Assembly: GCA_963817915.1 (NCBI GenBank)
Contig: CAWFQL010000017.1
Span: forward strand, 480,001-544,000
DNA length: 64,000 nucleotides
Source: an uncultured candidate division Zixibacteria bacterium
Lineage (GTDB): Bacteria > Zixibacteria > MSB-5A5 > UBA10806
Direction: 5' to 3'
The position numbers and the translations under genes are program-made. The notes below the pieces were generated by a model that saw only the letters and a list, made by a program, of their open reading frames with translations, searched no databases and had not been told where the DNA came from. Positions within the stretch are counted from its first letter, which is position 1, and every line of letters starts with the position of its first letter. This document shows positions 52,320-62,710 of this stretch, one piece after another.

Positions 52320-52692
52320 AGCAGGTCGGGCGGTCGCTTCCGGTTAATCCCGGGAGAGGAAAGTCCGAGCTTTCAAGGGCGAAGATGCCTCGTAACGCGA
52401 GGGGGCCGGGCTCGAAAGATACCGGCTACGGACAGCGCCACAGAAAATATACCGTCCGGCGCAAGTTGGATAAGGGTGAAATGGCGGTGTAAGAGACCAC
52501 CGGGTCGGCCGCAAGGCTGATCGCATGGCAAGCCCCATCGGAAAGAAAGGCCAAATAAGAGGAGAGAGGCTGCCCGTCTCATTCGATCCTCGGGTAGGCC
52601 GCATGATCCTCGTGGCGACACTGGGACAAGATAGATGGCCGCCGCTTTCGGAGTAAAATCCGCGAGTACAGAACTCGGCTTACAGACCTGCT
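52320..52692 (+). ncRNA. rnpB: RNase P RNA, type A
   Basis: P1 AGCAGGTC/GACCTGCT; GAGGAAAGTCCGAGCT and ACAGAACTCGGCTTAC (P4 with compensatory change); AGCGCCACAGAAA, GGTGAAATGGCGGTGTAAGAG. Confidence 0.97.
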
Positions 52693-52725
52693 TGATTTTG
52701 GGAATTATTATTGGAGTGGAGATAA

Positions 52726-54450
52726 ATGGAGTTAAAATGGGTTGTCCAACCCGATCCCGAATACAGTTCAGTTCGCAGATTAGCTCAAGAAGTTAATGTC
52801 CCTGAAATAGCCGCCAGAATTTTGGCCGCCAGAGGACTTTCCGATTCGACGGCGGCTCGGAAATTCCTCAATCCCAGTTTATCAGATTTATTTGATCCAT
52901 TTCGCATGGGCGGGATGGATAAAGCTGTCGAACGGGTCATCAGAGCGTTAAAAAATAACGAACGAATGATGATATATGGCGATTACGATGTCGATGGCAT
53001 CACCGGCACGGCCTTGACATTTTCCGTACTTAATCGTCTCGGCGCCAATGTCTCTTACTATCTCCCCAATCGTCTTCTTGAAGGATACGGTATCTCCGAA
53101 GATGGTCTGCAGGAAGCCGAAAAGCGAAAAATCCAGCTACTGATTTCAGTCGATTGCGGTATTACGGCAGTCTCCGAAGTCGAATACGCCCGCGGCAAAG
53201 GTATCGATTGTATTATCACCGACCATCACGAGCCGGGCGATAAAATTCCTGATGCCAATGCTATCGTGAATGCCAAGATCGATGGCCCCGACAGCCCCGG
53301 TTTTGAGCTTTCCGCTGTTGGAGTGGCATACAAGTTTTCGCAGGCATTATATCGTCAGCTCGGGCAGGATGAAGTCGAACTCGAACAGCATCTCGATTTG
53401 GTCGCGCTCGGCACCGCGGCTGATATTGTCCCCATGATTGGCGAAAATAGAATATTGACAAAATTTGGTCTCGATCAAATCGCGCGGACCACCAAGCCCG
53501 GCCTGAAAGCATTGATTTTTATCGCTGGTCTTATGGGACAAAAAATCGGCACCGGACAGGTCGTGTTTATACTCGCTCCGCGTATCAACGCCATCGGCCG
53601 CCTGGGTGATGCACAGCAGGCGATCAAGCTTTTAACCACCAAAGATGAATCAAAAGCCAACGCCATCGCTCGTGTGCTTAACGCTGAAAATAAACGCCGC
53701 AAAGATATCGACGAGCAAACATTGAATGAGGCTTTGGAGCTTATCGAAACCGAAGTCGATATGAACCGCGATAAGGCCATAGTGCTGGCGTCGAGGGGAT
53801 GGCATCAGGGAGTGATCGGAATTGTCGCGTCGAGGCTTGTCGAACGGTATCATCGCCCGACAGTCATGATCGCTATCGACGGCAATGAAGGCAAGGGCTC
53901 GGCTCGTTCGATACCAGGATTCCATCTGTATGAAGCGTTGAAGGCTTGCGAAGGTGAATTGCTTCGCTACGGCGGACACAAATACGCCGCGGGACTTTCA
54001 ATTGCCCCGGAAAAAATCGATTCATTCAGGAAGATGCTCAATGAGGTATCATCACGCATGCTCACCGAGGAAGACCTGGTGCCGAAGCTCGATATCGATG
54101 CTGAATTGGAATTGGATAAGATCGATGATAACCTTGTTGTCTATCTGGAAAAATTCGCGCCATTCGGGCCGATGAATATGAGGCCGGTATTTGTAAGCTA
54201 CGCGATAGAAATTATCGGGGCTCCGCATATAGTCGGTCACAACCATCTGAAATTCCGTGTCCGCAAGGGCGACAAGATAATAGATTGTATTGGGTTCAAT
54301 TACGGCGAATTTTTGAAGCAGCTAAGCTATCGCCCAATGCTGGTTGATATGGCATACGTGATTGAGCATAACTATTGGAACGGCGCCAATCGGATTCAGT
54401 TGCGAATCAAGGCTATTCGCCTGGCAGGCCAGACCAACCAATTGCAATAA
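52726..54450 (+). CDS. recJ: single-stranded DNA exonuclease RecJ
   Basis: YGDYDVDG, TDHH, PRINAIGR, GSARS, GGHKYAAG. Confidence 0.98.
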   Translation: MELKWVVQPDPEYSSVRRLAQEVNVPEIAARILAARGLSDSTAARKFLNPSLSDLFDPFRMGGMDKAVERVIRALKNNERMMIYGDYDVDGITGTALTFSVLNRLGANVSYYLPNRLLEGYGISEDGLQEAEKRKIQLLISVDCGITAVSEVEYARGKGIDCIITDHHEPGDKIPDANAIVNAKIDGPDSPGFELSAVGVAYKFSQALYRQLGQDEVELEQHLDLVALGTAADIVPMIGENRILTKFGLDQIARTTKPGLKALIFIAGLMGQKIGTGQVVFILAPRINAIGRLGDAQQAIKLLTTKDESKANAIARVLNAENKRRKDIDEQTLNEALELIETEVDMNRDKAIVLASRGWHQGVIGIVASRLVERYHRPTVMIAIDGNEGKGSARSIPGFHLYEALKACEGELLRYGGHKYAAGLSIAPEKIDSFRKMLNEVSSRMLTEEDLVPKLDIDAELELDKIDDNLVVYLEKFAPFGPMNMRPVFVSYAIEIIGAPHIVGHNHLKFRVRKGDKIIDCIGFNYGEFLKQLSYRPMLVDMAYVIEHNYWNGANRIQLRIKAIRLAGQTNQLQ

Positions 54451-54484
54451 TAATTTCATAAGAAAATAATCTATAAAATTTGGT

Positions 54485-54662
54485 GGCATGCTTGTCCGCC
54501 ATAGGCGGATCAGCATGTAACGCGATTTCGCTACTGCTTGTCATTCCGCACTCGCCGGGAATTAGCAGATTGGACACGCAAGATTCCCGCTTTCGCGGGA
54601 ATGACAGGGTAGATTTAGGTCGTGGTCTGAGTCCCGCGAGCGCCGGACGAAAACCCGGCATC
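54485..54662. repeat. palindrome cluster between convergent recJ and PBP1A genes
   Basis: TGTCATTCC...AGATTCCCGCTTTCGCGGGAATGACA (dRS3-like ATTCCC-N8-GGGAAT core); TAGGTCG...GAAAACCCGGCA; TCCGCCATAGGCGGA. Confidence 0.8.
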
Positions 54663-54665
54663 CCT

Positions 54666-56804
54666 CTAGAATCTTTCCTTCTTGCCCTTTTCTATTCGGA
54701 ATCTTCTCTGGGTCTCGTCGGTCGAACGTTTATAGCGATGGTCGAGATGGCATTGCGTCTTGGGCAAGGTCATATCAGTAAAGAGATCGGTAACTGTTCG
54801 CGGGCAGTCTTCCTTGGCTAATTCACCCGAATCGAGACATATCGTGGCCGTATAAATTCCAGGCGGAACAGGGAAATCTCTGGGCGGCATTTTCGCGGTC
54901 GCCTTCAGCATGAAATTAGTCCATACCGGCAATGCCGTTGTCGCGCCTACTTCGCCCTTGCCGATACCGATTTTCGTTTTGTCATCGAATCCAACCCAAA
55001 CCCCGGCAGTTATCTGCGGAATAAACCCGATAAACCAGGTGTCGGTGTTGCTATTCGAGGTGCCGGTCTTGCCTCCGGCCGGACGATCAAATCCCCTGAG
55101 TCTCGCGCCAACTCCCGTGCCATGATCTACTACAGTCTGAAGCATGCTGGTAATGATATATGAAGTCTGCGGCGAGAGCACTTCTTCCTGATCAGCGCGC
55201 GGCTTGTCATATTTGATATGGCCATCGCGATCGACAATTTTCGTAATATAAAATGGCTCTTTGCGAATTCCGCCATTAGGGAATATCGAAAAGGCCGGGA
55301 CTATATCCCACATGGTAACTTCTGATGAACCAATCGCCAATGACGGCACCGGATTCAAATGCTCCTTGATTCCCATCCGTTGAGCGAAATCAACAACCTG
55401 TTGAGCTGTCACCAAAGGATCCATCATCAGTTTTATTGAGATCAGGTTTCGCGATTCTTTTAGTCCGTCACGCAACGTCATTTCACCCTTGAATTTCTCA
55501 TCAAAATTGGAGGGGCGCCATTCCTCGCCGCCTGCCATCAGGACTATAGGCGAGTCAAGCATTAGATCAGATGGCGAAAAGCCGTTGTCGATTGCCGTAG
55601 TATATACAAATGGCTTAAACGCCGAGCCGGGCTGCCTTAATGCTTGTGTCACTCGAATGAATTTACTTTGATTGAAATCCCGGCCGCCGATAAAAACCAG
55701 CACTCCGCCAGTCTCATTATCAACCGCCATCATCATTCCCTGAAGCTGCTTATAGACTCTCTTGAATCCATATCCTTTTTCCGTATCTGCGGTCAGGTAG
55801 GTATAATTGACATCATAGGGTCTATAGAATGATTCAATCTGGCGTTGTAGGGTATCAATTTCAGAGTATAACGCTTGCTCAGCTTCCACCTGCATATCCA
55901 AATCGAGTGTTGTATATATATTCATCCCCGATGAATACAGCGCTTCTTCGCCGTATGTCTCATAGAGATATTGCCTGATCAATTCCGTGAAATATGGCGC
56001 CTGGCCAATATTCCCCTGATTTAGATTTATCTCCAACGGCAATTGCTTCAGGCTATCGGCCATGGCTTTCGATAATCTGCCGGTATCAACCAGCGAGTCG
56101 AATACGATGTTGCGTCTCTTAGTAGCACGATCAGGATGATCGACAGGAGAATAACGATTCGGAGCTTTCAATAAACCGATTAGAACAGCGCAATCATTCA
56201 AAGTCAATTGTGAGGCATCCTTGGAGAAATAAGTCTGCGCCGCCGCCTGGATACCATACGCGCCCCTGCCGAAATAATTATGATTAATATACATCTGCAG
56301 GATTTCATTCTTGGAATACATCCGCTCAATTTTTATCGCAGTCAACGCTTCTTTTATTTTACGAATGTAGGTTTTCTCGGGCGTTAAGAAAAGCGATCTC
56401 GATAGCTGCTGAGTAATTGTCGATGCCCCTTCGGCGGTGAGGTCGAATTTTATCAAGTTATTGAATGTTGCTCCGGCTATCCGGCGGATATCAATTCCCC
56501 AATGACTATAAAATTTTCTATCTTCGGTTGCCAGGAGGCAATCAATCAAATACGGCGGAATCTTGTCATAAGGAATCAATATGCGCCGTTCATTGTAAAA
56601 TTCCTTTATGACTTTGCCGTTTCGGTCATAGACGCGCGTTATCAGGCTCGGCTGAATGTTATGCAGCTGCGCCAGCGACGGCAAATCCTTCTGCAGTGAA
56701 TTTATTATGAGCAGGCCAATCACAACGATGGCCAGTATTAATGCCAGTCCGAAGTACACATACCTCGATCGGCCCGGGAATTTCAGCGTAAAGTATTTTG
56801 ACAT
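54666..56804 (-). CDS. class A penicillin-binding protein (PBP1A family)
   Basis: TM, EDRKFYSHWG, GASTITQQ, QPGSAFKP (SxxK), SRN, KTGT. Confidence 0.96.
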   Translation of the reverse strand: MSKYFTLKFPGRSRYVYFGLALILAIVVIGLLIINSLQKDLPSLAQLHNIQPSLITRVYDRNGKVIKEFYNERRILIPYDKIPPYLIDCLLATEDRKFYSHWGIDIRRIAGATFNNLIKFDLTAEGASTITQQLSRSLFLTPEKTYIRKIKEALTAIKIERMYSKNEILQMYINHNYFGRGAYGIQAAAQTYFSKDASQLTLNDCAVLIGLLKAPNRYSPVDHPDRATKRRNIVFDSLVDTGRLSKAMADSLKQLPLEINLNQGNIGQAPYFTELIRQYLYETYGEEALYSSGMNIYTTLDLDMQVEAEQALYSEIDTLQRQIESFYRPYDVNYTYLTADTEKGYGFKRVYKQLQGMMMAVDNETGGVLVFIGGRDFNQSKFIRVTQALRQPGSAFKPFVYTTAIDNGFSPSDLMLDSPIVLMAGGEEWRPSNFDEKFKGEMTLRDGLKESRNLISIKLMMDPLVTAQQVVDFAQRMGIKEHLNPVPSLAIGSSEVTMWDIVPAFSIFPNGGIRKEPFYITKIVDRDGHIKYDKPRADQEEVLSPQTSYIITSMLQTVVDHGTGVGARLRGFDRPAGGKTGTSNSNTDTWFIGFIPQITAGVWVGFDDKTKIGIGKGEVGATTALPVWTNFMLKATAKMPPRDFPVPPGIYTATICLDSGELAKEDCPRTVTDLFTDMTLPKTQCHLDHRYKRSTDETQRRFRIEKGKKERF

Positions 56805-56918
56805 AAGCGCTAATTTAGTTTCGCCGGCTTTACTGTCAAGCCATATTCTTAGTATTTGCTTGCAATAATTGCCTTACGACGTTAATTTTACGTTCTGTTT
56901 GAAAAGGAGTTCCAGGCG

Positions 56919-58139
56919 ATGAAATTAAGACCGGAAGAGCAATTAGAATTAATTAAACGCGGCACAGTAGAAATTATCAGAGAAGAAGAGCTTCTCCAAA
57001 AGCTCACCAAATCATTCAATACCGGCAAGCCCCTGATTATAAAGCAGGGATTTGATCCCACCGCGCCGGATATACATATTGGGCATATGGTATCAATTAA
57101 TAAACTCAAGACTTTTCAGGAGCTTGGACATACGGTCGTATTTCTAATAGGAGATTTTACTGGCATGATCGGCGATCCATCGGGAAGGACCGCTACACGA
57201 AAACAGCTTACCAGAGAAGAAGTCCTTATTAATGCCGAGACTTACAAAAAGCAGATCTTTAAGGTGCTCGATCCCAAATCCACGGTAATCGATTTTAATT
57301 CTCGCTGGAGCCTGCCAATGACATTTCAGGACGTGTTGGAATTGACATCTCGTTATACGGTGGCCCGGATTCTCGAACGAGACGATTTCTCAAAACGATA
57401 TTCCGAAGGCCGTCCGATCAGCATGCTGGAATTCATGTATCCATTGGTGCAGGGATATGACTCGGTCGCGCTCAAAGCCGATGTCGAGCTTGGCGGGACC
57501 GATCAAAAATTCAATCTATTGGTCGGACGCGATCTCCAGCGCGAATATGGCATGGAACCTCAGGTGGTAATCACCATGCCGCTGCTGGTCGGCACCGATG
57601 GTGTCGAGAAGATGTCGAAATCGCTTGGCAATTATATCGGCATCAACGATCCGCCCGAACAGATATTCGGGAAGACCATGTCGATTTCCGATAATATGAT
57701 TTACGATTATTTTGTATTGGCTACAGATGTTTCCACCGACGAACTCGCTGAAATAAAGAAACAGCTCGATACCCCCGGCGTAAATCCAATGACATTGAAG
57801 AAACGTCTGGGTTGGAAATTGGTTGAAATCTATCACGGCAAAGAAGAAGCCGACAAAGCTCAGGGCGGATTCGAGAAACAATTCTCCAAACGGGAAGTGC
57901 CGGATGAAATACCCGAACTGCTGATAGAATCCAATGATGATACCGCTTGGCTACCGGCCGTGATTACCGCCTCAGGGGTAACAAGCTCCAATAGCGAATC
58001 GATTCGCCTTATCAAACAGGGCGGCATAAAGAAGGACGATGAGGTATTAAAAGATAAAGATTATCGCGTATCTTTGGTTGACAATGTCGTATTGAAAATT
58101 GGCAAAAAAAATTACTTCAGAATAGGTAAGAAGAGATAA
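56919..58139 (+). CDS. tyrS: tyrosine--tRNA ligase
   Basis: [27 protein letters not shown]-terminal S4 domain. Confidence 0.98.
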   Translation: MKLRPEEQLELIKRGTVEIIREEELLQKLTKSFNTGKPLIIKQGFDPTAPDIHIGHMVSINKLKTFQELGHTVVFLIGDFTGMIGDPSGRTATRKQLTREEVLINAETYKKQIFKVLDPKSTVIDFNSRWSLPMTFQDVLELTSRYTVARILERDDFSKRYSEGRPISMLEFMYPLVQGYDSVALKADVELGGTDQKFNLLVGRDLQREYGMEPQVVITMPLLVGTDGVEKMSKSLGNYIGINDPPEQIFGKTMSISDNMIYDYFVLATDVSTDELAEIKKQLDTPGVNPMTLKKRLGWKLVEIYHGKEEADKAQGGFEKQFSKREVPDEIPELLIESNDDTAWLPAVITASGVTSSNSESIRLIKQGGIKKDDEVLKDKDYRVSLVDNVVLKIGKKNYFRIGKKR

Positions 58140-58140
58140 T

Positions 58141-59236
58141 ATGGAAATAGCTGTAAATATCGAAGATCTCAAGTCCCGTCTGGAAAAACTCCGGAGGTAT
58201 CTTTGAGATCGATAATCTTCAAATCCAGGTCGAGAAGCTTGATAAGGAATCGCAAGCCGGCGATTTTTGGAATGACAATCAGAAGGCTCAAGGAATTCTA
58301 AAAAGGCTTAATTTCCTTAAAAAGACAATTGCCGACTGGGAATCGTTAAAAAAAGATATTAATGACACTGCCGAATTGATCACGCTTTCGCAATCGGAGA
58401 GCGATGAATCGATGGTGCAGGAGATCATCTCGCACGCCGAGAAGATCACGCTCCATCTGGAAGATTTCGAGCTCCGCAGTTTTCTATCAAACGAAGAAGA
58501 TTCCAAGAACGCCATATTATCGATTCATCCTGGCGCGGGCGGCACCGAATCGCAGGACTGGGCTTCGATGCTTCTGCGCATGTATCTCCGTTGGGCGGAG
58601 AAACGAGGCTTCGTTACGGAAATGATGGATTATCAGGATGGCGAAGAGGCTGGGATCAAATCGGCGACTCTCGAAATCAAAGGCGAATATGTCTACGGCT
58701 ATCTGAAATCAGAATCCGGCGTGCATCGGCTGGTGCGCATATCGCCATTCGATGCCAACAAACGGCGTCATACGTCATTCGCGTCGGTATTCGTATTTCC
58801 CGAAACCGACGAGGATATCAATATCGAAATAAATCCAGATGATCTCAAGATCGATACTTATCGCGCATCCGGCGCAGGCGGCCAGCATGTCAACAAAACA
58901 TCATCTGCGGTAAGGATTACACATGAGCCGACCGGGATAGTTGTTCAATGCCAGACCGAACGATCTCAGCATAAAAACCGAGAGTCGGCCATGAAGGTTT
59001 TGAAGGCCCGTCTCTATCAAAGAGCGTTGGAAGAAGAACGGGCCAAAATGGCGGTAGTCGAGGCAACCAAGAAAAAGATCGAATGGGGTTCGCAGATCAG
59101 ATCGTATGTATTCCAGCCGTATAATCTGGTCAAGGATCACCGCACTGATCACGAAACTTCCAATACGGGTGCCGTTATGGATGGCGCCATAGATGAATTC
59201 ATTCACGCGTTTTTGGCTCATAAAGATGAAGGGTAG
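58141..59236 (+). CDS. prfB: peptide chain release factor 2 with programmed +1 frameshift at 58201-58206
   Basis: ATG 58141; internal SD GGAGG-TAT-CTT-TGA; +1 frame continues to SPF and GGQ motifs. Confidence 0.97.
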
Positions 59237-59242
59237 GGTAAG

Positions 59243-60241
59243 ATGAGGATTATCGATGAGATTCAAGGCAAAGCCCGAAAATTAAAGGCGAAAATTGTCC
59301 TTCCGGAAGGCACGGAGGAGAGGACAGTCCAGGCGGCGGGGAAATTAGCCGCCAATGATATCAGTTTTCCCATACTATTGGGGAACGAAGCAGAAATAAA
59401 GAAGCTCTGCGATAAATTCAAAATTGATACCGGTAAAATCGGCATTGTCCAGCCTGACAAAGATTCTGATTACGAATCATATATCAATGAATATTGTGAG
59501 ATGCGCAAGGCCAAGGGGATGACTCTCGATCAGGCCAGGCAGGCGTTCAAGAGCACATTATTCTATGGCGCCATGATGGTTCGTCACGGTCGCGCCGATG
59601 GCTCTGTGGCGGGGGCGTTGAGCGCTACCGGCGATGTGCTGCGCGCGGCCATCCATTGTATCGGATTGGCCAAGGGGATCGATGTCGTATCGTCATCATT
59701 CCTGATGGTGATACCGGAATTTCGCGGCGAAAAAGAGAAGCTGTTCGTATTCGCTGATTGCGCCGTAATTCCCGATCCGACAATCGAGCAACTGGCATCG
59801 ATAACAATATCATCCGCGGAGACCATGCGCAAACTTGGCGGACAGGAGCCGAAGGTTGCCATGCTGTCATTCTCAACGAAAGGTTCAGCCAAACATGAGA
59901 AGGTCGACAAAGTCCTCGCGGCGATGGAATTGGTTAAGCAAAAAGCCCCGAATCTCGCTATTGATGGCGAATTGCAGCTTGATGCCGCCATCATTCCCGA
60001 TATCGGCAAACGGAAAGCCCCTGGCTCTGCTATCGCGGGCAACGCCAATGTTTTGATATTCCCCGATCTTGGCTCAGGCAATATCGGCTATAAGCTTACA
60101 CAACGATTAGCAGGCGCAGAGGCAATCGGCCCGATTATTCAGGGATTGGCAAAACCCGCCAATGATCTCTCGCGCGGCTGTTCGGTCGATGACATCGTCA
60201 ATGTCGCCGCCATCGCCTCGGTCTTAGCCAAAGGCATGTAA
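59243..60241 (+). CDS. pta: phosphate acetyltransferase
   Basis: IVLPEG, FADCA, LSFSTKGS, DGELQLDAA, DLSRGC. Confidence 0.97.
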   Translation: MRIIDEIQGKARKLKAKIVLPEGTEERTVQAAGKLAANDISFPILLGNEAEIKKLCDKFKIDTGKIGIVQPDKDSDYESYINEYCEMRKAKGMTLDQARQAFKSTLFYGAMMVRHGRADGSVAGALSATGDVLRAAIHCIGLAKGIDVVSSSFLMVIPEFRGEKEKLFVFADCAVIPDPTIEQLASITISSAETMRKLGGQEPKVAMLSFSTKGSAKHEKVDKVLAAMELVKQKAPNLAIDGELQLDAAIIPDIGKRKAPGSAIAGNANVLIFPDLGSGNIGYKLTQRLAGAEAIGPIIQGLAKPANDLSRGCSVDDIVNVAAIASVLAKGM

Positions 60242-60262
60242 AAATATTTAGTCTTATCTCGT

Positions 60263-60293
60263 GGGGCGTCGACTACACGCCCCTTTTTTATTT
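60263..60293 (+). terminator. intrinsic terminator after pta
   Basis: GGGGCGT-CGACTAC-ACGCCCC followed by TTTTTTATTT. Confidence 0.75.
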
Positions 60294-60307
60294 ATCTCGA
60301 ATCTTCG

Positions 60308-60527
60308 GTAGGGGCGGGTTTCAAACCCGCCCTCTTTTTGTTTTTACAGTCATTGCGAGTCCGCCGCAGGCGGACGAAGCAATCTGAAGGCGGCGTATAG
60401 ATTGCTTCGTCGTCCGTCAAAAGCCGGACTCCTCGCAATGACTTCGGGAATATAGCCGTAGGTCGGCGTTCCGAGTCCGGCATCTGCCGGACGAGAAACC
60501 CGACATCCTGTATGCCCCGGCTATTAA
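60308..60527. repeat. cluster of REP-like elements
   Basis: GTAGGGGCGGGTTTCAAACCCGCCC; GTCATTGCGAG...GCAATCT...AGATTGC...CTCGCAATGAC (60349-60442); GTAGGTCG...AAACCCGACA (60458-60505). Confidence 0.88.
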
Positions 60528-60541
60528 CTTTCAATCCCTCC

Positions 60542-60570
60542 TTGACATCATGGGCATCGCTGTATATTAT
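60542..60570 (+). promoter_or_regulatory. sigma70-like promoter
   Basis: TTGACA-N17-TATTAT. Confidence 0.65.
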
Positions 60571-60639
60571 TTCTGCGGTCAGTAATTGAAATCAGATTTG
60601 GCTTTATTCCGCCTCGCGCTATACGGGGCCAGAGGACTT

Positions 60640-62496
60640 ATGCCAGACGAAAATAGTAATAATGCTCCCGATACGGTAATGAATTGCAGTTATCCAGGTT
60701 GTAGGCGATTTGCATTGGCGCGTTTTCAAAATAAATACTGTAATTTCCATTCCCCGGTAAAGGATAAACGAATAGATATTCCGCAATTTTATGAAGAGAT
60801 AATGAAGATTATTAATGAAGCCGGGCATAATCAAAGACCCTGCAATTTTGAAGGTTTTATATTTCCTGGGGACATAACCTTATCGCGAAGAAATTTCAAT
60901 GCGCAAGTTAATTTTAAAAAAGCCGAATTTGCGGGAAAAGTAAATTTCAGTGATACGATATTTTCAGAAAAAGTATCATTTGAAGAAGCGCAATTTAGAA
61001 AAAAAGCAAATTTCGAGAAAGTAAAATTTTCGGGAACTGCGGATTTCAATTCAGCACACTTTCGTGATCTTGCCATATTTCAGAATGTACAATTCCAGAG
61101 AAATGAACTATTTCCTATCACACGATTCGAGGGGTCAGCGGATTTTGGCAATTCTAAATTTGATGCTAATGTAATATTTGCCTTTGCGAAATTTGAATAT
61201 AAAGTTTCATTTCTTAATGCAAAAATTTTAGGCAAAGCACATTTTGAAGAAGTTGAATTTGGTCAGGATGCAATATTTGGATTGTGGAAAGAAAATGATA
61301 ATACATTATTAAACGAAGAGCCTAGCGAATTCAATGATGAATCCTATTTCAATAACGCGAAATTTATTGGCAACGCGTCATTTAGATCTGTAAAATTTGC
61401 TAAAAAACCTGATTTTACTGGTACAGTCTTCAAGAAGATTGCTGATTTTAGTAGATCGAAATTATGCAATGGCGCATTATTCAATCTTTCGGAATTCTAT
61501 GATATGATTTTCTTTACTACAATGACAATTGGAGGTGATATTGATTTTGTCAAAATTAGGTTAGGGGAAAATGCCGATTTTCTATTTCAACGAAACAATT
61601 TTATTTTTGCCTTCAAAGCGGGAGAAAAAATACGCATAATTTTCGATTCAGTCAAATTTAGACCATTTAATGCCAAATTTGAGAATGTACGAATTTCGGA
61701 AGAGAATAAGCAAAATCAGTTATATATGCTTTTTAGATATTGCGATTTAACAGATATATTTTTCGTCGATAATGAAATGTATTGGTTTTCGTTTCTGACT
61801 AGTTCTTTTGATAAAGCGCGAATTACTTCTTCCGAATGGGGGGAAACCCATGATGGACGAAAAAACGTTTTGCCGGAAGAAGTGTTTTTTGATCAACTGC
61901 TTAATAATAAAGACTTTAATGATAAGAAAAGTCAATTTAGGGAATATAGACAAATATATAATCTTGTTAGTCGGAGTGAAGTCGAAGCATTGTACCGCCG
62001 CATGAAATCTGCTTAGATCGTTCTAAGGATTTTCCAGAGGCCGGATGGTTTTACTACAATGAATTTGAAATGAAAAGAAAAGGATTGGCGGAGAAGATAG
62101 AAGCGGATGCTACCTAATCTAAGATTATTGACGGATTGTTAAGAAAAATATTCAGCAGACATGGTCTTTATTATGCTTATAAAACTTTTGCCGGATATGG
62201 CGAAAAGCCACTTTGGAGTTTTTATTGGTTTCTATTCTTTGCGATTGGTGTATTCCCTCCATTGCACTTGTTCGCAGGACTTTATAAAAATAATGGTGAT
62301 ACAATTGGCTGGTTGGATGCATTAGTATTTTCGCTTTATCGCGTAATCCCCGTCAGCTATTTACCATATATGAGAAATGAATTGTCTCCCGACGGAATTG
62401 CTTGGTCTATTTTTGTCGTTTCTCAATTCCCTTGTCCTGATCATTCTTGTCACCTTCATCGCCATCGGCCTCAAGCGGCATTTCCGGCGGTTTTAA
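60640..62496 (+). pseudogene. pentapeptide-repeat protein with C-terminal membrane domain, disrupted
   Basis: (A/V)xFxxAxF repeats. Frameshift at about 62013 (continues LDRSKDFPEAGWFYYNEFEMKR), in-frame TAA at 62115-62117, then GYGEKP, and a second frameshift at about 62400 ending LKRHFRRF*. Confidence 0.8.
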
Positions 62497-62518
62497 TCAA
62501 ATTTTCCGTAAGGCATTT

Positions 62519-62546
62519 GTAGAGACTTGCCATGGCAAGTCTCTAC
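62519..62546. repeat. 28-bp perfect palindrome (GTAG REP-like)
   Basis: GTAGAGACTTGCCATGGCAAGTCTCTAC. Confidence 0.9.
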
Positions 62547-62710
62547 CCGTTATCGTCGGGCGCGTCGATTCGGCGATCACATATCCCCCAAAAAAATCCC
62601 ATAAATCACCACTTGCATTTTCCGATAAACCTATGGTAAGATTGATATGAGGGTCTTTGTATATTGATAAATCAATTTCTTAGGTAGAAATATCGGAAAG
62701 GAGAGCTCTC

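Noticed and set aside
52344..52621. Minus-strand ORFs of 82-86 aa
   Set aside because: They lie antisense to RNase P RNA.
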